A stretch of 64,000 nucleotides of DNA from Raillietiella orientalis (taxonomy: Eukaryota). Shown in pieces: positions 51,401 to 62,280 of the stretch. The position numbers and the translations under genes were made by a program. Position 1 is the first letter of the stretch; each line of letters opens with the position of its first letter. The notes under the pieces are model-generated. The model was given only the letters and a program-made list of their open reading frames with translations, had not been told where the DNA came from and made no database searches. The DNA is taken from the NCBI GenBank assembly GCA_036172245.1, contig JAYWIR010000001.1, forward strand, positions 9,114,001 through 9,178,000, read 5' to 3'.

Positions 51401-54400
51401 CGGAGAGGGATGGTAAATGCGAATCCTACTGTTTTGTTGATGAGGTGGGATGAGGGAAGGGAGGAGAGTGTTGACCGGACCCTGACTGGCTTCTAGCACC
51501 CCAGCAGCCCACTGATACCTGATTTCGGACTGACCAAAGCGCGATGCCCAACTTCTCTGCATGACCAGGAAGATCATGGAGTTGATCAGGGAGCAAGTTT
51601 GATGCCTCCGCGGGGTGGCGCGAACGAGCAGCAGACCAGAGAAACGCCAGAGGCCATCAAATGAACCGTTGGACCGTCAGACGCAGCGAGCCACCTGAGT
51701 CGTCTCCTGCGGGAAACGCACCAAGGAACCAGCGTCCGGATCACGTGCTTCGGCCTCTTGGAGGCGCCGGGAGTACCTCGAAGTAAAAAAGAGTTCTCCT
51801 GGGTCAGGAGTGGCTTCCTCGAGGGCGAAGAGGAACAGGAGGAGAGTCCTGCAGGAAGCATGAGGTTCAGATTCCTTCCTTGACGGGGTTGGTGCTCGCG
51901 CTCGGGGAGCGAGAGGAAGGAAGAAAGGGAAGGGACAGTCGAGCTTCCGTCGAGGACCCCTTGTTCGTCGGAAGCCATTCGAGTTTCTAGGTTCATCCCG
52001 AACGAGACCACGTGCACCAGATTACTTGAGCACTTCTGCGGGCCGTTTCCCCCGATGGGAAGGATGGAAAGGAACTCTGGGCATGAGGAGGAAGAAGGGA
52101 GGAAAGAAGGCGGGCTTACTATCTGTTTGTGTTGGTTCGGGGACGGAAGAGGAGGAAGAGAGTACTAAGCTTGATCTCCGTCTTCGAGCAGAGGAGGAAG
52201 ATTAGGAACAGCAGCTTGTCGGAGGTTGCAGAGGAGCGAGAAAGGAGTTCATGTTCACGCCTGACGCAGGCTGCTTCGTCCGGAGATGTCCGCTGCCTCG
52301 TCGCGTCCAGCTGGCTCATTTGGGGAGGTGGATTCTTCTCGCTCTGGGGACCGCTTCCTTCACACAGCACTCTCTCCCATGGATCCCCAACCAAATCTCT
52401 ATTCCCTGCTTGTCCGACGGTCCTCGCGAGATCTTCTATGCTTGTGCGCAAGCTGAGCATGGAAACGCCTCCCCACCACCAAGGTGCTCAGGGATCTGGA
52501 GGCGTGTGGCTCCATTCGCTGTGTAGGGCTCACGGAGCCGAGAGGCAGGAAGAGTTCACCCTGCCTTCCTCTCTTTGCACTCCGGAATTCCCCTAGAGGA
52601 GACGCGACCCTTCCTCAACCCCGTCGATCGTCTCGCGCTTCCCGCCAATAGGCGGACCAACACCAACTCCAGAAAGCAGGGGAAAGGGGCCTCCCAGGAT
52701 CCAACCGAACCCGCGCTGGCGCCCTCATCTGCTCTGCAAAAGGGAACCAGGACCTTTGGGACTTACGGAGAATGTAGAGGAGGGATGAGGGAGCAGCGGG
52801 AGGGCAATGCTGGCGATCATCACGGTTGATAATTTCGACTGCCGAAGATCCTATTCTCCTTTCGTCTTTCAGGTCGACCTGCGCCACCTGGAAGAGGTCG
52901 CCGCGTCCGATCGGATATCCATGGCGATAGACCTTTCCGAGTTCTACAACTCCATCGAGTGGGAGATCCTGTCGGTGCCTGCGCAGAGGAGGCAGAAGCT
53001 GTACACGTGCTGCAAGGAGCCCTACTTTGACATCACGTTCAATATTACCATGCGCAGGAAGACGCTGTTCTACACGGTCAACCTCATCATCCCTTGCATG
53101 GCCATATCGTTCCTCACCATCCTGACCTTCTACTTGCCTTCGGACAGCAGGGAAAAGGTGAGGACGAACAGGGGAAGGGGAAGTGAAGGAGGAAGAGGTG
53201 GGCCAGGGAAGGACCAGAAGGGAACCGGGGACAAGTACTGCGGACCTCCCTTAAAGGAGGAGGAGGAAAGTTGGAGAGAGGATGTAAGGGCAGCAAGCGG
53301 CGGCAGCCCTTGCCTGCCGACACTCGGTAGAGTATTCTTCCCCTCTTAGCCTCCTCGAGAGTCTGCTTCTCTCTCGGATGGAGCTGGGGAATGAAACTTC
53401 TATATGGATGCTGCACGCTCGTGGTCGGCTCTGGAGCAAGGCCCCACGTGCCTTCCAGAGGCGGCGCTCGTGAGGGCGGCTCATAGGCATCTCCTTCCGT
53501 CTCCCATCGATCAGGACGTTCCAACTTCTCTAGGAAATGGGAAGGGGAAGATGAGTCAGGGCGATGGACATGGAAGGGGGGTGTTTTCAGCAAACCTCTC
53601 GGGTGACTTCTGACAAGCATTTCTCTGAACAACGCTCTTGTCCTCGAAGTTCCTTCTCCCCTCTGGAAGAGGAGAAGAAGAGGAGGAGGCCGAGGAGGAA
53701 GAGAAAGATGAAAGAGGAAGAAATAGGAAGGGGAGAAGACAGAGAAGGAGGAAAGGAAGAAGAAGAGGAGGAGGAAGAGAATTTCTGACTCCTCGTTGTG
53801 AACACGGGCACGTTTGAGCTGCCGCACCTCCTTCGTGGCAACGTAGAGCGGTCGGCTTTCCGCAACTGCGGGGAACAAGAGGGGTGCGCGGACGCGCCTC
53901 AGCTCACGGACAGAGGCGCATCGCGATGGTTTCCAGGGAAAGAAGAAGGTAGTTGCTGCTGCCGCTGCGGCAAGTCTCTTTCTTATTCCTTCGCCCACGG
54001 CACAGCTTCTTCCTCCGGAAACGATCCTGGGTCGCGCGAGCGAGCCGCCTTCGAGTCCCCCAGCAAGCGTACCGAGATGGTCACCGCGCAGTCTTCACCG
54101 TACGCCTCTGTTCGCTTCCAGGTCACGCTGTCCATATCCATCCTGGTCAGCCTGCATGTGTTCTTCCTGCTCGTCGCGGAGATCGTACCGCCCAGCTCCA
54201 CGGCCGTGCCGCTGCTCGGGAAGTACCTCATCTTTGCCATGGTCCTGGATACGCTGAGGTGCACCTTTCCTCAGTCTCTTCCCCAAGCGCTCGACTCCTT
54301 CCCTTGCCCAGAGGGATGTTCTCCGAGGCGCCAGACGGCCTCTCGGAGCGAAGCGGGGAGCTCGGAAAAGACGGCATCTCCTCTTCTCCCACGCGGGCGC

Positions 54401-55709
54401 CCAGCGAGTTGAGCCCGACCCTCGCGGGGATCGATGCAGTCAGACGCGCCAAACTGCATCGATCCCTCTCTCCTTGCGGGCCGCTCCCCGGGGATGTCCC
54501 CGGCAGCCTCCCGGCCTGGAGGAGCAAACGAAACTGTTTTGCAGCATTTGCGTCACCGTCATCGTGCTCAACGTCCACTTTCGATCTCCGAGGACCCACA
54601 CGCTGTCTCCGTGGATGCGCAGCCTGTTCATCCACCTGCTGCCCAGGTTCCTGCTGATGAAGAGGAGGAGCGTCGGGGAACCGGGGTGAGTTGTCCTCCC
54701 TCCCTCTAGATGTCGCCCAGAGGCCTGCCCGGGCAAGCGTTTCCCTGGCTGCAGAGACCGATGCTTTAAAGAAACACCATCCAAGGGATCCTGCGCTACA
54801 GGGGAGGGAATTTGAAGGGGACGGAGGCAACAGAAAGGGGAGACGCTCTCACTCAAACGGACTCCATCTTCACACGAAAACGCACCCCTTTCCGAAGCGT
54901 GCTGGTCGGTAGAGGCGCTAACCTGATTCTCAAGGGAGTACCGCCTCCATAAAGACGGTCAGGGCAGGAAGTTTCGCTTCCATCTTCCGCTTCCAGGGAC
55001 GCTGGTTTCTTCCAGGGAAAGCCGGAACTTTACGTGCGAATCCCTTGGGTGGCACACCTCACGCCACGGGATGCGTCCTCGCAGGCGCGTGCGCACGCAC
55101 AAGAGCGCTCCGAACCCCACAAGTCGATGAGGGAAAGAAGAGGGGGAAGGGGGGGGGGGATCAACCTGCTGACAGGCACGTTCGCGAGCTTAATTGTGGC
55201 GTTGGTCGCTCGGCATCATCGCGCCAGCGAGCGGGGCATTCCGCAGCGCGCCCTGCTCGCGGACGAGGTTTCCGCAGGGATGCGCTCCCTTCTGCTGCTC
55301 TTCCGCAGGAGGTTCCCCGGCGCGGGAGCCGACGGAGGCATCTGCTTCCCTGAGGGAACGAAGAGGACGAACTGCTCCTCCTGCAGCGTCTGCTCCCACC
55401 ACGAGCACCGGGGTACCTTCCTCCGGCTGCAGTTCATGGCGGCGCGGGCCAAGCTGCACGAAGACGAGGCCAAGGTAACGCCGGGAGGCGACGGCCGCTG
55501 AGCTGCGCCCCAGTGGACCTGGTTTGCGCCATACCTAATACTTTCAGATCAAGGAGGACTGGAAATACATAGCACTCGTCCTGGATCGCCTTTTCTTATG
55601 GACCTTCTTCATGGCCGTGCTGGTCGGGACGGTGGTGATCATCCTTCAGGCTCCCAGCTTGCATGGAGAGGCGAGTGAGGGGAGAGACCTAGCCAGAGCC
55701 CAGATCTAG
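26131..55709 (+). CDS. nAChRalpha4: Nicotinic acetylcholine receptor alpha subunit (arthropod alpha4/alpha3-like); 9 coding exons, 1425 nt, 474 aa
   Basis: Exons 26131-26328, 35208-35252, 40255-40364, 47189-47369, 52873-53157, 54122-54258, 54545-54685, 55309-55474 and 55548-55709 join in frame with compatible phases. Motifs: signal peptide, [10 protein letters not shown] (loop A), Cys-loop [19 protein letters not shown] (loop B), YTCCKEPY (vicinal Cys, so an alpha subunit), TM1-TM4. TM2 'SLHVFF' and 'GKYLIFAM' resemble insect alpha4, but orthology is not tested phylogenetically. Confidence 0.95.
28430..29030 (+). mobile_element. SINE-like family copy C (nAChR intron 1)
   Basis: Matches the reverse complement of 2050-2520 (aggaatcaag.a.cgg, gtaccatg, ggaagcgtcccttc, ttctcttcagagga). 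Confidence 0.75.
30270..31770 (+). mobile_element. Degenerate LINE ORF2 relic (intron 1)
   Basis: gcctatgccacgac at about 30655 reads AYADD with a 1-nt deletion; upstream [10 protein letters not shown]; downstream decayed knuckle CSL...NETIP. Confidence 0.4.
35208..35252 (+). CDS. nAChRalpha4: nAChR alpha exon 2 (45 nt, loop D region)
   Basis: tttccag|[15 protein letters not shown]|gtaagc; too short to appear in the ORF track. Confidence 0.95.
37750..39050 (-). mobile_element. Possible decayed P-element/THAP9-type transposase (intron 2)
   Basis: Collinear remnants RKFLTKLH...LLPS...[17 protein letters not shown] and [13 protein letters not shown] (cf. RRLNQDxLENFFG); many stops. Confidence 0.3.
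40255..40364 (+). CDS. nAChRalpha4: nAChR alpha exon 3 (110 nt, loop A)
   Basis: ttttag|[36 protein letters not shown](N)|gtaagt; ends in phase 2. Confidence 0.95.
44605..45500 (+). mobile_element. tRNA-headed SINE-like repeat, copy B (intron 3)
   Basis: B-box GGTTCGAATCC at 44645-44655; head and body are collinear with copy A (cgtaggtttcgagtcct, gaagccggaaaccc, tcccttcatgg.tctctt). Confidence 0.75.
47189..47369 (+). CDS. nAChRalpha4: nAChR alpha exon 4 (loop E, Cys-loop, loop B)
   Basis: aatttcag|(N)[60 protein letters not shown]|gcatgt; the donor is the non-canonical GC type. Confidence 0.92.
47950..48480 (-). mobile_element. LINE 3' fragment, same family as 16750-17200
   Basis: [23 protein letters not shown] and [16 protein letters not shown]-rich tail on the minus strand. 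Confidence 0.8.
48363..48403. repeat. (CA)n microsatellite
   Basis: Perfect dinucleotide run of about 20 units. Confidence 0.97.
51120..52500 (-). mobile_element. Probable degenerate LINE relic (intron 4)
   Basis: [10 protein letters not shown]...[12 protein letters not shown] (post-RT motif-like) with weak upstream RT remnants. Confidence 0.3.
52873..53157 (+). CDS. nAChRalpha4: nAChR alpha exon 5 (loop F, loop C, TM1)
   Basis: tctttcag|VDLRHLEE...[52 protein letters not shown]|gtgagg. Confidence 0.95.
53665..53782. repeat. Purine-rich GAG/GAA low-complexity tract (intron 5)
   Basis: Almost exclusively G and A on the + strand. Confidence 0.85.
54122..54258 (+). CDS. nAChRalpha4: nAChR alpha exon 6 (TM2, start of TM3)
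   Basis: cttccag|[45 protein letters not shown](S)|gtgcac. Confidence 0.95.
54545..54685 (+). CDS. nAChRalpha4: nAChR alpha exon 7 (end of TM3, MX helix)
   Basis: ttttgcag|(S)[46 protein letters not shown](G)|gtgagt. Confidence 0.93.
55309..55474 (+). CDS. nAChRalpha4: nAChR alpha exon 8 (intracellular loop, MA helix)
   Basis: A pyrimidine tract plus ttccgcag acceptor is in the required phase 2; the exon ends ...[19 protein letters not shown]|gtaacg, which is MA-helix-like. The 5' boundary is less certain because the loop is poorly conserved. Confidence 0.78.
55548..55709 (+). CDS. nAChRalpha4: nAChR alpha exon 9 (TM4 to stop)
   Basis: cctaat...ctttcag|[53 protein letters not shown], with TAG at 55707-55709. 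Confidence 0.93.
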   Translation: MKEDWKYIALVLDRLFLWTFFMAVLVGTVVIILQAPSLHGEASEGRDLARAQI

Positions 55710-56300
55710 CCAGGCCCTGAGTGGCCCTGAGTGGACTCGACCCGCTCCCTGGCCAGAGCAGCGCGATCTTGGACGAGAAAGGATGGGGATCGACCGAGCA
55801 GTCCGTCCGCTTCCCCCTGAAGGCACCGGAGCGGGGACCACCTCCCTCTCCCCTCGGTCCTGCCAAAACAGGCGCATCTGAGGATCAGTTTCGTCAGCAG
55901 TCTTTGACGGAGTCTCTTCCCGAAGGCTGCGGTGCACGGATGGCCCAGCGGAGGGGGAAGGCGGACGCCACGGTGTTGCGCTGCGGCACTCCCATCTGCC
56001 GAACGCGGAGAGAACTCCAAAGCGACTAGCGCGGAAACCTTCTGAACCCTTCGTAACCAGCTTCGGTCGAAGAGAGCTTTGTGGTCCTTGATCCTCTCGA
56101 ACGAATGGGAGGAGCTTTGCTGCTTTTTCCGACCCACAGGCCGAATGAAAATAATCCCATGATTTCATGAGATCGGGAGATGGGATGCTGCGAAGGGAGG
56201 ACCAGCCCCTGGAAGGTCAGCTACTCCGATAATGCTCGAGGACTCCTGGATCTTCCATCCGGAGATTTCCTCTGTTGGCTTTCCATCAAGAGTTCTTCTC

Positions 56301-56303
<3 letters not shown>

Positions 56304-56331
<28 letters not shown>
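56304..56331. repeat. (CT)n microsatellite
   Basis: Directly visible. Confidence 0.95.
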
Positions 56332-56335
<4 letters not shown>

Positions 56336-58379
56336 CCGCCTTCTTCGCACGAGTCTCGCACCAGACGCTCATCTGATGCATCTGCATCGATAGCTCCCTA
56401 CGTGTTACTTTCCGGCGCCAACAACAGGAAGGAGGAGCTAGGGAGCTTTTGCGGAGCCCGAAGGGAATTCGGGGACCATGCAAGGTTCGAGAAACACATC
56501 GCGCCGTCGGGCATCATTCCTTAGCAGCGCTTTCGCGTCTCGAGGAGACGAGACGTTTCGAAACCCGGAGGACAGGGAGGAGAAATAGGAGCTGGGGAGT
56601 GCGCGCAGCTTAAGAGACCGGAAACTCTTTAACGACTCGGCGATGAGGCCTGCGTCTCTCATAAGAAAGAGGATGTTCCGTTTGGTCGTGGCCTTCGAGC
56701 ACTCCGCGTTCCTCCGCTTCCGCCAGATGCCACCGGCGCGCTGTCGGAGACGTCCGCCACGAAGATCTGCTCTCCCCCCTCCTGGTTGGCGGCACAGGTC
56801 GGGCGTTCCTCTCGCGGTGGGCTTTTCCCGCTCGATGAACGCTGGCACCCCACCCCACCTTCCCTGGACGAGGGGGAGGGAGTCCCCAGGAAGACGCTCC
56901 TCAGGGAGTAGGAAAAGCAGAATCACTTCCGCACCCTCTTCCTGACTAAGCAGATCAATCCCAGGTGGAGGCAGCCCCGCGGACACGTCGCCTCTGTGTG
57001 AGGTCTCAGAGCTGCTTTACGCCAGCGGCGGCAACGCTGAGAAGCCACCACACGCAGCGCCACCTTCCTGCTGATCGGAGCGGTGAGATGATCCCACCTG
57101 CGCGGTGGGAAGGCGGAGAGGGGAGGGGCAGAAGGCGTTCCCGGGATCGCAGACAGTCTGCAGCACAACACAAAATAGCCCCTGCCTTCCTCTTCCCTGT
57201 GTCCATACCTCCTAACCCCTTTGCTTTCCCCTTCCTCTCATCGTCCCCCATGCAGCCGACCAGTCCTTCTTCCTCCCAGAGTTGCAAGCAGCCTGAGCAC
57301 CGATGCATCCTCGGGCAAATGGGTCATCCGTCCATTTGGAAGGGAGAAAACTTTTCTAAAGGGAAGGAAGCGACCTGGGCCGATCGGGTACGAAAGGTCC
57401 GGAGCCTCACTGGCGACGTGACCAGGGAGAGGGATGAGAGGACCGATAAACGAAGAACGAAATAGGAGTGAGTCGATTTTACTGTGGTAAATCACGCTTC
57501 TCGAGGTCCTGACCGCGGCTCCTACTCCCCAGTCTGACCGCAATTGTACTCGGAGGCTCTCGTCGATCGCAAACCCCCACCACTTTGAGCCACTTCGTCC
57601 CTTTTGACTGCGTCCTCCCTTTGGTTCGGCTGCTGCCGGTGCTCACAGGCGACGACGGAAGGTGGGCAGAGAAGAGGCAGCAAGTGACTTCGGTGGGATG
57701 ACCGTTCTTCCGGGCATAGACGCTGATTGCAGTTCGAGTGTCCCTGCAACGCACTTTCCTTTCTTCTGCGCGCGGACGCATCCTAGCAGCACGTGTGGAA
57801 GGGTCTTCGCCACCCCGTCCTTCCCAGAAGAGGGGTCTCCGATGAACCTTTCCGTGGCGACGTTGCTCGCTTCAAGGGAGGTCCTACTGCGCCCGCAAGA
57901 TGGCAGCGTGCTGCTTACAAAGGGCAAACACGGATCAGGAAGTCCGGAGACTCGAAGTCTTCACAGGAATCGATCCCCCTTTGCAGTCCTGACCGAGATC
58001 TTCACACGCGACCCCACCCCCATCCGCCAGCCGAGACATTCCTTTTTGGACGAATTATCTCGGTAGCCCACGCGATCCAGCAGTTTACCTCCTACTCCTC
58101 AAGCGAATCGATCTCTTCCTCTTCGCTCCGCTGTAGGAGACCGTGAAGGAACCGCAACATCCCTTAGGCGGAGACTTCGCGGACTTACACAACACGAATT
58201 GGTCTTTAGCCGGCGTGCATGGCGTTGCCGTGCTGGCCACTGGTTCGTCCAGGCACGCCATCGTGCCGTCGGTGGCGAAATTCCACGTGGCTGGTTGGGT
58301 GCGGTCCTCCCTGTCTCAGAGGACGCGAGGCGTCGCGGTCAGGAGTGTGCCGGAAGTACGCCCGGCGCATCTCTGAGCC

Positions 58380-59495
58380 ATCCACAATTCGCGTCCATTT
58401 TGAGCAGACGGATGAGGAGAAGCAATGCACCCTGGCAACGTACCCATGGTTCCCAGACAGATGCTCAAGAACCTGTGGGCAGGAGAGGCGAAGAAGATTT
58501 GCAGAGCTGCAGTCCGCTCAGACGCGCGAGCAAAGAGAACTTCTCCCAGAGAATGGAACCTGGGAACACGGGATGCTCAGCACGCCAGGTGGCGCATGGG
58601 GAAACATGGGTGGAACTGTAGCAGGTGGTGCTTTAGCTGGAACGTTTCCAGGAAGAATTCTGAGAAAAGGGCGAGAAATGGCACGGTAGGCGGACGGCGT
58701 TTCCCGTGAGAGGATATCGAACAGTCCTCGGACGGATGGTCTCTTTGAGCAACGGAGGGCATGTCGAGATTCTACTGGTCGGAAGGGCGAGCCCTCGGAC
58801 GAGGAGGTGGTCACTTGCTTCCAGCATTCGGGAGCGGAGGGGATGTAGTGAGGACGGTGTTTCGAGGATTTTCTTGTTAAGATCGAGGCGCTCTTCCTTT
58901 TGTGGAACCGAAGAGCACGATGCACATATGGATCCACATTGCCTCTGAATTTTGATCTTCGGATATCGCCTCGCTTATCAGCTTGTGATACTGAAAAAGA
59001 TCTCGATTTACGAAAGGGAAAGAAACCTCCAAGCTGCTTTCGAAATGGCGCCGAGAGAAGTCCCTGGTATGTCGCTGTGTAGAGTTGATCGTCAATCAAG
59101 TGACCTTGCTATTCTTCTTCGCACGTTCCTCAGCTATGTGGTTTTCAGGAACGGAGAGCAGGTTTCGGTCTTCCTAGCCAGAGCTCTCAAAGACGAGACC
59201 TAGGAAGAGTCAGCGGAAGCGATGATATGAGAGCTCCTCCATCCTGGAAATAAGTGCATGAAAGCATTGGTACAACGGAGAGATAGGTATCCTAAGAAGG
59301 AGTGGGAGTTGCGAGCGTTCGCCACGCTTCCTTCTATGGGAAGGACGTCCAGAGTTTGCAGAGCAAAAGAAAGAGAGAGTGAAACTTGATGACTGTTTTG
59401 GATTCGGGCATCTCAGCAAGAATTCTAAGCGTTGCCGTGTAACATTTGTTATTTCATTTATCAGTATACATATTAATACATATAATAAATAAATG
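58380..59495 (+). mobile_element. LINE ORF2 3' end relic
   Basis: SFCGTEEHDAHMDPHC knuckle at about 58895-58945; AT-rich tail with aataaa at about 59484. Confidence 0.4.
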
Positions 59496-61039
59496 GACGA
59501 ACTTGTCCCTTGGGTAGCATGACACCTGTTCCAGAGGCTGAAGAGGTGCTTCCCGAGCTCTTACTTTGGAATGCATGTGGCCTCAGAACCAGTCAGGGAG
59601 GGCCGTTTATCGTAAACGAGGAGCATGCAAAAATGAGAGTGAAAGTGAAAAATTCTGGAGAGGACGCCGCTGGATACAATGAAAGTCAAAAGATTTCCGG
59701 ATCAGCTGACTTCTCCACAGTGCGATCTGCTTCAACAAGTCGGCTGCTTGTGGGGAGGTGGGAAGGAGGGGAGCAAGGTCGCCGGTTTTATCCTGGGACC
59801 CTCTGCATCCTGTGCTGGATGCTGGCAACTTCTTTATTCAGTTGTATCCGCAGGAGCCACCCCCTTACCAGCGGGCATGAGCTCTGTCCTGGTTCCTTTT
59901 CCCATAGGAGTTGCCACTCTACGTGCGGATGATGGATGGCGTTCCTCCGTCATTTAGAGTCTTTCTGAGCTCCTCGACGCCCACGGTACTCTTCCCACCC
60001 TGTGCAATCGACGGAAGCATCTGAGGGTTCATTGGGGAAGCGGCACGAAAAGGAGGTTGGCGACTCCGAATGAAGGAAGGATAGGAGCTGTAGAAGAGGA
60101 TAGGAAGGGGACTCCTGTCTTCCTCTGGTCGCCGTGATGCTCACCTTACGACGTGCAGAACTGTCTTGAGCGCTCCTACGCTGCACCACTCTCACTGGAA
60201 CGGCACACTTTTCCGATTCGCATGTCAGGCACCGAGAGCGCCGCCTCATCGGAGATGGCGCCACCGTAGTCGGAGAGCTCTGGAGACGGTACGGGAGATG
60301 ATCTGCTGTCCCCAATTCTCCCTATGAAAAACAGACGCCGGGATGGACCAATAGGCGGAATTCCTCACGAAGAAGGAGCTCAAGAACGCTGCCCGAAGAG
60401 CGTCCGGAAATCGCAAAATCCCCGGAGTGACGTGGTCTCCTCCCTCCTTTTCACTTTCCGTCCCCCTTTCCGACTCAGGTCATCAGGTCCCGATCTCCAT
60501 TTGTCGATTTGACGTCCTCCTATCCATCTCACACGGCAGCGGGGACAGCCCCCGAAAGAGGCAGCTCCCAATGGTCCATGAATGAATGCCCCTCGGCAGA
60601 AGAGCGAGAAGGATGCACTTATTTATCAGATCTAATCGGTGGCACAAATAGGCTACGTTTCCTAGATCACGGCCGCCTTATGTAACAGCTAGTATTAAAC
60701 AATTCACTTTCTCATAAGGATTGGACATGACGTCTACAAATAGCGATGCGCCTCCAGAATCGGTCAGCACTTCTTCTCTTAGAAAAAAGCCCTGTCTTTC
60801 TCGTCCTGTTCTTACCTTCCTTCCCCTGAACATCTCGTTCAGGAATGAGATCCCGGCCGGCGACGCGACTGGACGACTCTTTGTCGTGCACGTGCCAGGG
60901 AAACACACCCTGGAGCGTTTTCCTTTCCATCTTTTTTCGGTTCTCTAAGTACCTCAAGAGCCGTCGCGCCCCTGGCGGCAGCTCATGCAGCTCTTTAACG
61001 CTGCTCTACGCCACCCGAGGCAGCGTATAATTCTTCAAG

Positions 61040-61525
61040 ATAGGGGTACCCTAGGAGAAGACCACCCTATGATCCCAGGAAGGAATCTGGAGAAGGAAGT
61101 CTGTTCCTCACTCCTGGGGAGGAATTCCCGAAGGGAATTTCTTACCCTGGTTGTCTCCGAAGGGAATCTCCTCCTTATTCTCTCCGGAGGGACCCCAGGA
61201 GGGGCCCTCCTTATTTTTCTTCTCTAAAGGGAACCCGGAAAGGATCCTCTCTTGGAATTTCTACTACAGAGGGAGCCCACAAGGGAACTGCACCTTGTCC
61301 TGAGCTCCTCTGAAGAGAACCCCGAAGAGACGCTTCCGAAATTTTTCCGAAGGGTGCTCCCCGAAGGGAGTGATGCGCTTCTCTGCATTCTGGAGAGGTA
61401 CTTGACCTACTCCATGGTACGAGACGGAGCGTCCTCTCCTAAGGGAGGAGTCTTCTCCTTTGCATAACTGGAGGGATCCAGAGGTCGACTCCCAATCCTG
61501 GCCACTCATCGGGGGCATCCGATCT
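61040..61525 (-). mobile_element. SINE-like family copy E
   Basis: ctcctctgaagagaacc, ccatggtacg and cctggccactca.cgggggcatccg are shared with copy A in the same orientation. Confidence 0.75.
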
Positions 61526-61559
61526 AAACCGCCACCGGCGGACTCCTGCCAGAAAGATT

Positions 61560-62280
61560 GCATCTCTCCAGTAATCCGAGAACCAGCAGCTCCCGGAGAA
61601 GCGAAAGTAGGCTACTCTGGCTCTATTTTTGCTTCTCCACATTGAGGACCATCGTAGGGCATCCGCAAGCGCTCAAAGACCGAGTGCCCTCGGACCTGAA
61701 TTCTGGCAGGCCGTGGGTTCTCATGCTGTCCTGCTCCGGTTTGGTGACTCCTACGATTCCAAAATTTTTCAGGAGTCTCTCTGAATCCAAGGAAGAGGAT
61801 CAGAGATTCTTTCTAGATTTTAGCTTCCATAGATGAATGCAGAGCTCTTCTCATCTTCCTCCACTCCAAGTTTGAAGTTACGCATTACGCGCAAGACGGC
61901 AGTTACGCGTTTCGATGGGTCAGTCACGTCTGTGGACGCCTCGTGAGATTCCTTGCACCCGTGGTTTCCCAGGAAACTCCTGCCTTTTTCTTTTCTTGCC
62001 TTTTAATGTCTCGCAAGAACATCAGGAATTGGCACCCAGGGACCTCCTTGCCAATTAGACCAAACCAAGCTCGCTTTGCGTAAAGGTTTTTCGGACGTTG
62101 CTTGTCCTTCGTTTCCCTTCCGATAGGTGTGAGGACAGCCCTTTGGCTCCATGCACCGATCTTCCTCGGAAAGACCGCAGAGTTGGGGACACACTGAAAA
62201 GGCTGCATGGGAGGTCGTGTGGAGAACTGAACTCTCGCAACGTGTAAAGTCACAGACTGAGTGGGAGGTTTCACTCTAAA
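61560..62280 (-). mobile_element. LINE post-RT relic
   Basis: KIGAWSQRAVLTPIGRE and KKAGVSWET resemble the L1-clade 'W..r.Ls..GR' and 'vsW' motifs. Confidence 0.35.

Noticed and set aside
59510-59932. APE start motif LLWNACGL
   Set aside because: Single motif with no further APE motifs recognisable downstream; too weak to call.
60460-60495. Minus-strand CTGATGA...GAAA
   Set aside because: At most one base pair forms in stem II, so it is a chance match.
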